A DNA stretch of 64,000 bases from the human T2T-CHM13v2.0 reference genome, Homo sapiens. Below are positions 1-21,700 of the stretch, one piece after another. The notes under the pieces are model-generated. The model made no database searches and was not told the DNA's origin. It saw only the letters and a program-made list of their open reading frames with translations. Numbering within the stretch: position 1 is the stretch's first letter; the number at the start of each line of letters is the position of its first letter. A program made the position numbers and the translations under genes. The stretch lies in the NCBI RefSeq assembly GCF_009914755.1, contig NC_060936.1. One strand, written 5' to 3'.

Positions 1-257
1 GGCAAAGTCTTGCTGCCTACCTACCTACCAGTGAAGCATACTGAGTACTTAAATACTTTTCCCTGAAAGCCCTAAATTGGATTCCAGGACCTCAAATGAC
101 TATCTCTTTGAAACAGAAAGGCATTGTAGCCAGGTATGTTTAGATGGAGGATATGGCTTGACAAGATCTAGGAGCTTGTAGAGTGAGCTACAGAGTTGAA
201 ACAAATTATTTTGTCTGCTACTTTTAAGTCCTGAAAACTTTTTAAAGAACTTTTTAA

Positions 258-843
<586 letters not shown>

Positions 844-1435
844 AGTAAATCTGAGTATAATTCTTGACCCATAGTTACTCTTTTTACATCTCTTTTTAAC
901 ATTTTTTTTTTTACCTTTAAAACGGTATTACCTCATAATACCCTACACATTGATAGAACTCCAGGGCTTTAAAGTAAAGGCCTTGAGTTGTCTCAGCATT
1001 AAACCCTTGAGACTACTCTCAGATGACTCTTTCTTTCCTAAACTGGTATTCTGTCAGCAGTTTGGGAGGAGCCAAAGTGAGCTCAGCAATAAAGAAACAT
1101 TGCTTCTGTGTATTGTGAGCACTCTTTAGAGGGGCCTGTTTCCAGAAAGTACACTCCTTGGTTAGCCCACCATGGAGGTGGAACTAAAAGAGAACATAGT
1201 TTGAGGGACATTGGATAACAAGGGCTGTTTCCCTTGGTTCTGAGGTAATAGACCTCCACATGCTTGAATTGCAAGGATTAAAGGATCATGGTACTGGTAA
1301 ATTTAAGAAACCTTAAAATGTCTCCCTTGGTACTCCAGCACTGGTTATTTACTCTTCACATTTCATGAACCAGGTAGAGATGAGGTGCAGCTGAGCACTG
1401 GGGAAACTAACTGAGTTCTTGTTTCTGTGTTACAG

Positions 1436-1472
1436 GCTTTCCTCGGAGACGGGTGGCATGGGGAGCAGCTAG
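1436..1472 (+). CDS. PCBP2: Poly(rC)-binding protein 2, last coding exon (R)LSSETGGMGSS*
   Basis: Acceptor ttcttgtttctgtgttacag ends at 1435; peptide matches the PCBP2 C-terminus as recalled; TAG at 1470-1472. Confidence 0.93.
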
Positions 1473-1850
1473 AACAATGCAGATTCATCCATAATCCCTT
1501 TCTGCTGTTCACCACCACCCATGATCCATCTGTGTAGTTTCTGAACAGTCAGCGATTCCAGGTTTTAAATAGTTTGTAAATTTTCAGTTTCTACACACTT
1601 TATCATCCACTCGTGATTTTTTAATTAAAGCGTTTTAATTCCTTTCTCTGTTCAGCTGTTGATGCTGAGATCCATATTTAGTTTTATAAGCTTCTCCCTG
1701 GTTTTTTTTTTTTTTTGGTTTTTTTTTTTTGGCTCATGAATTTTTCTGTTTGTCATGGAAATGTAAGAGTGGAATATTAATACATTTCAGTTTAGTTCTG
1801 TAATGTCAGGAATTTTTCAAAAAAATTAAAAGATGGACTGGAGCTTTTTC
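1473..1850 (+). other. PCBP2: PCBP2 proximal 3' UTR with ATTAAA signals (1624-1629, 1825-1830); a longer UTR may extend toward ~3.2 kb
   Basis: U-rich, repeat-free sequence after the stop codon; variant poly(A) hexamers; cleavage sites not determinable from sequence. Confidence 0.7.
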
Positions 1851-2358
1851 TTTGTGAATAGAAACTGGATGCCACAGTGATTCATGTGGGTTTTATTCCT
1901 CTTGTCTTGCTGTTATTTTTGTACCTTTTATCCCTCAAAGGACCCTTCTTGGGTTTTGAATGGAAGCCTTTATTCCGGTTAAGATGTTTTCTTCTATTTT
2001 ACCACTTCCATCTTTTTTTGTGGCCCTCGATCCTATTTTTCCCTGACTCCATGCTTGGTTGGCCCTTATAAAACTTGTGCCCAAAAGATTGAGGATTAGA
2101 CTTTCCCAGGACTTACCTGTCCTAGGGGAGTAGGCAAGCACTTCCACTAGGGAGGGGGTGGGGGAAAGGAATGACACATGACATACATGGCATACACATT
2201 AAGCAGTTGATCATATGTCTGACTGGGTTCCAGTTTCTTGGGAATGTTGGTCCCCTTGTTCAGGCTTGCATATTTTAAACTAAAAATTTCAGTCTATTGT
2301 TTTTAGTAACTTCATTTATAGTCCTCCATAACAAGTTAGAAGGATGTATCTGCTACCA

Positions 2359-2364
2359 TTTATT
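2359..2364 (-). terminator. MAP3K12: Candidate MAP3K12 poly(A) signal AATAAA (others at 1969-1974 and 1892-1897)
   Basis: tttatt on the + strand downstream of the MAP3K12 stop codon. Confidence 0.5.
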
Positions 2365-3155
2365 CCTATAATTTTAGAAAGTTGGGGCTTGACATTATAC
2401 TCATTTAGTGAGAGTAGATGCAAAAAAGTGGAGGGGCAGGAGAACTTCTCCAGACACCTCAGATAAAGTCCGGAGCCCAAGGCTTTATCTTAACCATGTA
2501 TGGTACCCCATTCATTCATCAAGAAAACCCTCAACAGCTGGGCCTGCATGGAGTGTTATATTTCAAGGTTTTTCACAGGGGTTACAGTAGGACAGTCCCC
2601 ACCCCAATCAGGCACCAGGATAAAAGCAGGGACTTAAACAGCACCCCGGTTCTTCAGCCTGAGCCATCACATGCTATCAGTCTCCTAACCTCCCCCTGGG
2701 CCTTAAGACAGGGCTTGGGCAGAGAAGATAAATGGTGGGACAAAAAAATGAGTTACATTGCCACCTGAGAAACCTCAGAGGGGAGGACCCAGCCTTAGCC
2801 TCCCTCCTCCCAAGTGCAAAATGTGTAAACAGAGTAAACGGAACAGAAAAGTGCAGTCTAAGTGGTTTTCTCTCCTGCCCCTCCCACCGCCCCTCCCCCC
2901 ACCCCCTATTATTTGGGGATAAAGAATATAAAGACAACCCTGGCTTTTCTATTGCCTTGTTGCTTGCTGAATATAAGGAATGGGGTGGGGCAGGAAGGGG
3001 CTTGCCCTTAGCCACAGCTCTACGGCTGTGCCTCATTCATTTCCACAGCTGCCAGTGTCCCTAGAGTTTATCAGGTGAATTGGTCAGGGGATCAGTCTCC
3101 CTCGAGCCTGACTTACGGCTGGGACAGCCCCATCTTTCTGTTGATTATGTGGCGC

Positions 3156-3184
3156 ATATATATATATATATGTATATATATATA
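3156..3184. repeat. (AT)n microsatellite in the MAP3K12 3' UTR
   Basis: atatatatatatatatgtatatatatata. Confidence 0.85.
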
Positions 3185-3228
3185 ATTTATATAAATATTT
3201 CTCTATGTACAAGGAATACGAGTGGCTT

Positions 3229-9438
<6,210 letters not shown>

Positions 9439-10395
9439 CGCCTCTGGCCCCTGGTATGATGGTGAACACTGGGCCCTGTGGGAATGAAGGAAGGAGGGGC
9501 TGGGCTGTTAAAGCCCCAGGACTGCCTGCTCAGGACACTTATCCCAGAGGCACAGACTGGGGTGCTGGGTTCACAGTAGCCCCGCTGGAGGTAACACTTG
9601 TGGCTCCGTTTCCCATGGCCCTCCAAATTGCACCTTGAGCCATCTTAGGAAATCTGATACACTTGGGCTTCCTCTCAGGCATGTTAGTAAGGCAAGTAAT
9701 AGGTAGACAGGTATCGTACCTGAGTATCATTCTCAGGTAACAGCCCCACGTGGGTACACACTGGTAAAATATGTCTCAAATTCAAGAGTAATGGTAACAG
9801 ATGAGTTCCCTTCTCCCTGTAAGATGACTAATTCATTGCTGCAGCACATTTTTTTCACCCGAGACTCACAGGCACACACAGGTATCAGAAGGGTCTCACA
9901 TTTACACCTTTACCTCGGGGTCAACCTCAGGCACACAATAGTAACACCTAGACCTCCTTCACATTGAAGCACACACAGGATGCTGGTAAACCTTTCAGAC
10001 ACCCTTGGACAGCATTCTTGAGCTGCCTACACACAGGCGATGCACCCGGGCCTCCCACCCAGGTACTTACACACGGTACTACTGAGGCCCTCTCAGGAAC
10101 ACTCAACTCAGGTGAGAGCCTCATTCTAAAACACACCCCTGGGCCTCTCCAAGGTAAGTGAAGGTTGTAACCACAGAGTTCTGTCCCCCCAGCACAGGTG
10201 GGGAAAAAGGCAGAAGCAGCCAATGGGGATGCAGACACTGTCACAGAAGGCCACTGCTTCATCCCCCTTGGCCCTCCCTTCAGTCCAGCGGCTCTCCCAG
10301 GGGTCAAACAAGGTCTTGTCTTCTCTTTCCTCTTCTCCATTGCCCCATCCTCTGCTCCCCAAACTTTCCAGGCAATGGAGATGTGTCCCAGTTCA

Positions 10396-11390
<995 letters not shown>

Positions 11391-12066
11391 CCTGAATCCT
11401 GACTTGCTTCTGCCACATAATGGCTATGTGACCTCAGGCGAGCTGTAGTTGAGCCTCAGCTATACAAAGGAATAAACTGGCTGTCACTAAGGCACAGCAA
11501 ACCCTTAATCCTACACCAGACTTGTCCAGAACTTGGCCCCAGGCGCCATGCTGGTCTCCCAACTCACTCCACACTTGTCAGTTACCAGATCCTGAGATTT
11601 GAAGATTCCCAAGAACAAGCATCCCTCTAATTGTTCCTCATAGCTAGCAGGGTCCTTCCATGAGCCCCTGGGTTAGTCTGGAAATGATTGCCATACATTC
11701 TGAATTGCAGTGGGGGAGGAGTGGCAGGAATCTCTACATCTAGAAGGGTTCAGTAGATGATTACACAGGCACACAAGGAGGCTTGGGAAACTCTGATAGT
11801 TCTTGTAATAATTACCAGGCCTTTCCCTTGAAGACTTTTTCCTGGGGGGTGAGGGTGGTAGGCCTGGAATCAGCATATTTAACAAGCACCCTAGATTTGT
11901 AAAGCTCTAACCCAGTGCATGCTATTTTCCAGTCCCACTGTTACTGCCTTAGTTCAACCCTCATTAGCTGTCCTCACCTGGCCCAGGACAGCTGGTCTCC
12001 AAGTGCCCTCCCTAACCCCAATTCTCCACCCAGCTCCTTCAGAAGGATCTTTCTAAAACAGATTGG

Positions 12067-14198
<2,132 letters not shown>

Positions 14199-14505
14199 TC
14201 ATCTCTATCCAGGTGTCACTTTATCCTGGACGTCCTTCTTTCCTGATCCGCTCTAGGTTAATGCGCCTTCTGGGCTGACACAGCCCCACTATGCGTCCTC
14301 TATCATGGTTCCCATTATACTGGACGGACAATGTAGTCGGGCGTCTGGCTCCTTTGAGAGCCTGGACAGCCTTTAGAGAGATGACTTCGCATCACAAGGG
14401 AACCATGGCTTGCAACAGCACCTGGCACGCAGAAGGTGCTCGGTAAGGTGGAACCACTGCTCTACTCACCCCGGAGGATCGCCTTAAGCCCCGCACACTC
14501 TCTCT

Positions 14506-14535
14506 GCGCGCGCGCGCGCGCGCAAACACACACAC
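14506..14535. repeat. (GC)9 followed by a (CA)n tract
   Basis: gcgcgcgcgcgcgcgcgc aaacacacacac. Confidence 0.85.
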
Positions 14536-14789
14536 AAAACTAGCTCCCTGAATCCTCAGAAGAGCCAGGTGAAGGAGGTACTACTGGTCCCATTATATTC
14601 TTGAGAGAACTGAGGCCCAGAAAGCACAAATCACACTAAAGTTCAGCTTCCAAATCCCCAACATATCCCACGCGTTATTTGTGGCTTCAAGAGGTAAGGT
14701 GTAGGTTGCAATGCAAATTACAGACAAACACAGACCAAGCAAAGTGCCAACATATGGGAGAATTTCGTCTGGAGGACCCAAGGGATTTT

Positions 14790-15440
14790 GCCTGCCCCCC
14801 AACCTCCCTCCCCGCCCCCACCACCTCCCACTCCGCCGCAACCCCGGGCTTCGCTTCTGGACCACCCAGAAACAAGGCCCAAGACTCTGGGACGCTCTCG
14901 CCTGGCAGGCCAGGAGGGAGGGATGGCGGGATTGGAGCCCTCGGGGAGGAGCCGGGGCCGTGCCCTGGACAGCTTGGTCACCAGCAATGGAAGGACGAAG
15001 CCCAAGTCAGGACCGCTGAAAGTGGGGAGGAAGGGGTTACGGCCACAGCGCCCCCTCCCCCTTCCCGACCTCCTTCCCGGCCGTCACGTGGCGCGTGGCT
15101 GGGGCGGGGGCCGCGGCGGCGGAAGGGGGTGGTCCGGGTGGGGAAAGGGAAGGGACACGGCCGGCTGGGGGAAGCGCTGGGCGCTGCGGCGTAACCATGA
15201 CGACTGGGCCTGAGGCGGCGCGTGAAGTCACCAGGACAAGATTAGCCCCGGATCACGTGAGCGCGACGTGGGGGCGGGGCTGTGCCTGGGCCCCGCCCCT
15301 GACCTGGGCCGGCCCAGGTGGCTGGTTGCCGGGATGGCTGCGAGGATCTTAGGTGCGGACCCCCACCCAGCGGTCTGCCCCATCTGTGTTCCCTTCCTTC
15401 CCCTGCCCCCGCATGCAGAGAGATCTTCGGCTGAGGCGTC
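14790..15440. promoter_or_regulatory. CpG island / probable internal promoter in MAP3K12 intron 1
   Basis: High CpG density; CACGTG at 15085-15090 and 15254-15259; GC boxes GGGGCGGGG near 15100, 15270, 15291. Confidence 0.7.
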
Positions 15441-16944
15441 TGGTGTTGGCAGGAGGGGACTTGTGGGGTTGGCATTGGGGGTGCAGTACCACAGGGAAGG
15501 AAAGCAGGAAATGAGAGAAAGGGAGACAGGGCACAGAAAAGGCGAAAGGTACAGCTAGGAAGGAGGAAGGAGCTGAGACATATACAGACACCGGAGCAGC
15601 GTCAAGCGGAGTCAACCCCGAGAAGGATGGCTTGAAAAGCTGTTTGGAAAAGCAGAGGACCCTGAGAAAATGGAGATGAAAGGGGAGTGAGAAACACGGA
15701 GAACACCCATCTCCTTTTCTGTCTAGAAGCCGAGCTTTGAGTAGGCACAGCACCTGGCTTTTTAAAGGAATTTTTCAGCCGTCATCTGGTTGTTTGACGA
15801 CTAGGTGGTTTAGGCATAGAAAGGGTGACATGCTCAGAGACACTTGCAGCCAGCCGAGCCTCCCTCCAGTTCACCAGGCTTCCCCAGAGGCCCTTCTGGT
15901 ATCCAGGGCCAGCAGCTGGGGAGAGAAGGAGAGAAGCCATTTCACCTGTTTGTCTTTTACGGTAGTGGGGATAGCTGAAGAAGTAGGAGATGGGACCAAG
16001 GGAAAGATCTCAGGCTAGTTGACGGCTCTTCCACATTGACCTGGAGTGAGGGAAAGCTGCTGCCCCTGGGAGCTATAGTAAAGTGGAGATTCCTCTCTCC
16101 CAACACACACACACATACCCCTTTTTGTTTCCTTTATTTCTGACCTGCCAGCTGTGTCCCACTGCCCCCTGGCTGGGCCTTGGCGCCAGAGCTTTGGAGG
16201 GGCGTCTAGGATGGCTAGGAGCCCCTGGCCCAGACGTTCAGTCACCCTGGGGGAGGGTAGCTGTCTCTCCGTTATCAATTATGCAGAGCATGGGGGAAGG
16301 GCAGCAATGTGACAGGAGGGTGGGTCTCTCTGTCACTCACTGTCAACCATATCTACCAAGTGTTGATGGTGCTTCTGCCTCACATTGGGTGAGGGGACAG
16401 AATGATCTCTAAGCCATACATGTGCCAGGGGAGGAGGCTCTTTGGACACCCAACAGGCCCTAATTCAGTGCTTTGCTGGTGGCCCCAAAGTGACTCCATA
16501 AGGAGGCTACAGGGTAGAGTGGGGTAGGAAGTCACCCCCCATCTATCCCACCTTCTAGGTTCTCTGGCCTGAGATTTTGGAAGCCTGTGGCAGGTAAACT
16601 CTCTGAATTCTCTCTAGCTCCTTCTTGTATAACAGCAGAATGTCAATGCTAAGCTGTTTGGTGGTCTTAGGGGCTCAGTTCAGAGGCCAGGTCATCTGCC
16701 TAAATCTTGGGCTCTCACACTGAGTGCTCTCCACTGTCTGAGACCTCATTTTTTTACTCAGGAAAAGGAGAATGATTCCCTTTCTCTCGTGAGTGGGGGT
16801 AGGAAGGGGAGTCTTCAAAGGGAAAGGAGACCCAAGACTTTGGAGTCCTAATTCCACCTCTGCAAGCTTTGAAACCCTGAGAGGATAAAGGTCTCTGATC
16901 AATCGTGGCCATGCCTCCTGTCCCCTTGGCTGCAGCTCGTATTG

Positions 16945-17740
<796 letters not shown>

Positions 17741-18959
17741 TGCAGCTTGTTTTTATTTTCCATTTTTCAGGATCCGCAGTCCTGGCCCCAGGATCCCAAG
17801 AGGAAAAGAACTATTGCTTTTCTTAGTGCCCTCATGAGGGAGAAATGAGTTCCCCTGAGAACTTGGGGGAAAACTGGAGATCACCCCTAAATTCGGGTCT
17901 TTGATTGGTAAATCAAGCCCTGAGACCCCTAGCTGCCACACTTCCAGTGGGGTGGGCAGTGAAGGGGTTCAGGGAAGGGAGGGACAGTACTATTTAGGAA
18001 AAAAGAATCAGCTTCAGATTTGGAGAGATCAGAGCTAGAATCCCAGTTTTGCCACCACTTAGTTTAAGGAATGTAATCTCTCTGTGGTGCCCAACCCACC
18101 CTGCTGGGGGTAGTGAAGGTTAAGTAGGGTGATAGAGGGGGTGCAGGGAGCAGCATGTTTCCTCCTTGCTTTGTCTTCCTGGTTGGCTGGACACCAGGTC
18201 TTTGTGGATCCTGGAGAGGCTGAAGACTTGGTCTCTGACCTTCTGCTTTCCCAGGATAAACTGTGATTTCAGGTTCCAGTAGAACCAGGTCACAGTGCTA
18301 GTGATTGTGCTGGAGTCCCCAGTCATTCCTCTACCAGATCACCAGTCCCTCCTCTGTAAATCCTGCCATTCTGTCTCCTCTGGACTAAGGGGGATGGCCT
18401 GATTTTCTGCACCCCATCCTCACTCCCTGGCCAGTTGTCTCTGGAATCTGCTCTCTTAAGCAGCTGTACTGCTAAGATCCTCCCTTTGATCACGTGGCCC
18501 TGGATCACCCCTCAGCCTTACCCATGGAGGCCTCGGGGAAGGGGAGGGCAAGAGCAGGGTAGGATGGGCCTCAGGAGTCCCTCCTACCTAGGACCTCAGA
18601 TAGACCAGGAAGAAGTTCAGCGGATGTTAACAAATATAGTTCCTCAACGGGATGGGCATTTTTAAAAATCTGGAAGAATAAATACCAAAGTATAACAACA
18701 GTTTCTAGGTAGGTGGAATTGTGAGTGTTTTAATTTTCTCCTTTGGGTTTACGTATATTCCTAGTATTTCAGTAACAACTTTGAATTGCTTTTAAAGTAA
18801 GACATAAAATTTAAATTGTAAAAGAGAAAATAAGATTGATGGACTGCTCATGCATTCCTTCACTTAGCTTATTAGGACAGTTGTGCAATAGGGAGAGGGT
18901 AGGTGGTAGAGGAGAGAACACAGGCCTCAAAATCAGAGTGGCTTCCTGAGGTCTTGTCT

Positions 18960-19310
18960 CTGCTCCTGGCCAGTTGGGTGACCTGGCCTGAGACTTTTCA
19001 ACAAACCTCAGTTTCTTCATTGCTAAACGGGGACAGTGGTACCTATGTCCCACAGTGGCAATGCAGTACATAATGTGGTGGGTAAGAACACAGGTTCTGG
19101 GTTACACAGACCTGGGTTCAAATCCTACCTCTTGCCACATACTAACTTTTTTACTTTAAACAAATTACTTAAGTTTCAGTTTTCTCCTCCATCAGAGATG
19201 ATGATAACACTATCTCACTTGGTCTTGTTACGGGCATGATTAAGAAAATCAAAATAAAGTTCTTGGCCCAGGACCTGGCACACAGGAAGCTCTCTATAAG
19301 CATTAGCCAT
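18960..19310 (+). mobile_element. MIR fragments
   Basis: cctcagtttcttcat, gggttcaaatcct, cctggcacacaggaagctct. Confidence 0.6.
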
Positions 19311-20962
19311 ATGGAAAGTGCCTAACACACACTTGTAAGTTTTTTATGAATGTGATTCCCTTCCCTTCTTTCCCTTGTTCTCTCTCTCAAAGCAAGTGCC
19401 AGTAGGGAGGGTATGGGTGGAAAGGGAGGTGGAGAAACAAGAGGGAAAAAAAAGACCAAAGAATGAAGAAACCAAAGGGCAAGGGCTCTATCCTGAATGA
19501 TCTTTAGCCTCCTCTGGAATCTGGTCACTGTCACAGTCTCCTCACCTTCTCCACGCACACATATGACCCCAGTCCTTCTGGGAGCCAATGAACCAGACAG
19601 ACCAGTCTCTGTGGCCAGGCCCTCATGAAGCCCCTATGTCCCCTGCTGGCATCATCTCAACAGTATCCTCCTTCTTCCCAGCATCACCTCAGTCAACAGT
19701 GTGAGTGAATGCATGAGTGGCTGGCGTGAGGGGCAGACATTTCCACCTCACTGGAAGAAGCATGGCAGCTGGGGGTCCCAGGGCTTGACTGGTGTAGGGC
19801 TGAGGACCTGAATGTAGGGGTGATCTCCAGTCCACCCTAGCAAGGACTTCTTACAGGGTTGATTCCTTCTTTCTCTCCAGATCCAGGCAGGGGAGAGGGA
19901 GGACTGTGCATTACGAGAGTCCGGGCTGTGAGTGGTAGAACCAAGAGTCCTCTTCCTAGAAAAGCCTGATCCTACCACAGTGTCACCACGAGGGGAAAAG
20001 CAATTGGTTTTTAGAAGGGTTCTGCCCTCTTCAGCTATAAGGAAGCCTAGGAAATCCTGAGCCATGTCTAACTTCTTGCCTCCTCTGTCCATAACTGGGA
20101 TGGATATTTAGCTGGTGTCTCCATGTTGAGAGCTGGGGTTTTCCTAACATTACCCCAGTTGACAATGGGAGTGAGTGGATGAATGATACGCTTGAGGGGA
20201 CACACTTTTTTTCACCTGTAAGTGTGAGATAGGAGGGAGTGGGGCCCTAAAGCTCAGAGAAACTTCAGTGTCTGGACAGGAAGGCTCAGGGGGCACTTGA
20301 GTCCTATCCTTCCTAAATCCTTTCTGTTAGCCTTAGCTTGGTAGGACCCTCTGGCTGAAACTCAGAGCTCCTAGAGCAATGGAGTCCACCTTGAGAACTG
20401 CAAGGGAAATGTGTTTAGAGGGATGCACTGACTGTGGCTTGAGACGACTCTGGGTGGGGTGAGGAGACCTCATGTGCACTCCCTTCTGATTGGAGGCCAC
20501 TCACCTACGCTCCTCTGAAAAAGGCAGCAGATGAGCATCTACAAGGTAGGACTCCTCCCTTAATTCTAAGGGACACCTCACTGTTTCCTCCCACTGTCTA
20601 CAGAGCCTTGACTCTTCCCTCCTCTCAGTCAAGGCCTTGGTTACCAGCAAGTCTCAACTCTTGTTTATTTTTAAGCCAATGAGTTTGAGGAGTGTTTGTG
20701 GGAAAGGGAGGAGGTTTTTGGAGGGCCTGACTGGGGGAGATGGGTTAGGGGAGCCAGAGGAGATGGAGAGAAAGAGGAGGGAGAAACCCACACGTGAATG
20801 GGGGAGGGGAGGATGCAACAGCTGGATGGAGGTGAATGCCACAGCTGGAGGTGAATGCCACAGCTGGAGGGGATTAGGAGGATCACAGCTTGAAGGGGAG
20901 GGGGACCAACGCCTGGGCATGCAGGAACAGGTGCTCTCTGACTAATCTTCAGGTCCAGCCTG

Positions 20963-20963
<1 letters not shown>

Positions 20964-21009
<46 letters not shown>
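20964..21009. repeat. (TG)23 microsatellite
   Basis: Pure TG run. Confidence 0.95.
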
Positions 21010-21010
<1 letters not shown>

Positions 21011-21431
21011 AGATGGTGGGTATATCAGTCCTTGCCCTTCCTTTCCTTCCCTAGAGGGGGCCAAAACTCTCCCTCCTCCTTCCCTCTCTCTCTTCCTGAG
21101 GATGAGTGGGAGGAGATGTTCTCTTGCCCTCTGTCCTTTAAGTCTGTCCCCCAATCATCCTCCACCCCACCCCAATACGGTCCTTTCCAGCTCTGGAGGC
21201 CCTTCGTCTCCAAGCTGGGCCGCGGCATCCCTCCGCTCCATTCCCTTCCTTCCCAGCCCCACAGGCGTCGGGTCCAGGTCCCCAGTTCCTCCATCCCCAC
21301 AGCCTCAGCATCCCCACGCCATCACCCCGCACCAGGCCACATCTGCATCCCGACCCTCCCTCCACGCCCGGATCCCAGGACCCAGACCCATCCCTGCCCC
21401 CCACCCCCCCACAACTCGGCCAGGCTCTCAC

Positions 21432-21700
21432 CTCGGGGGCTCCGCGGCCGCAGCACAAAAGGCGGCGCTGCTGCAGCTCCGCTCCGGATGCTGCTCCCGC
21501 CTCCTCCTCCTTCTCCTCCTCCTTCCCTCCTCCCCCCGCTGCCCTCCACCGGACCCGGGGCGCTGTCACAGGCGATGCTCGTGCGGTGTCCGGATGCACG
21601 GGTGTCAGCTTCAGCTTTCTGCCCCCACCCCCCGACCCCTAGCCCCGTCCCTGCTCGGCTTGAACTCCCGCTCCTTCCAGGGCCCCCGCCCCTGGCCCCC
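21432..21700 (-). other. MAP3K12: MAP3K12 non-coding exon 1 (5' boundary approximate) in a CpG island
   Basis: Donor GAG|GTGAGA at 21431; GC-rich CpG island ~21200-21850. Confidence 0.7.

Noticed and set aside
14679-15352. Overlapping ORFs in the intronic CpG island
   Set aside because: Expected from GC content; no recognisable protein features
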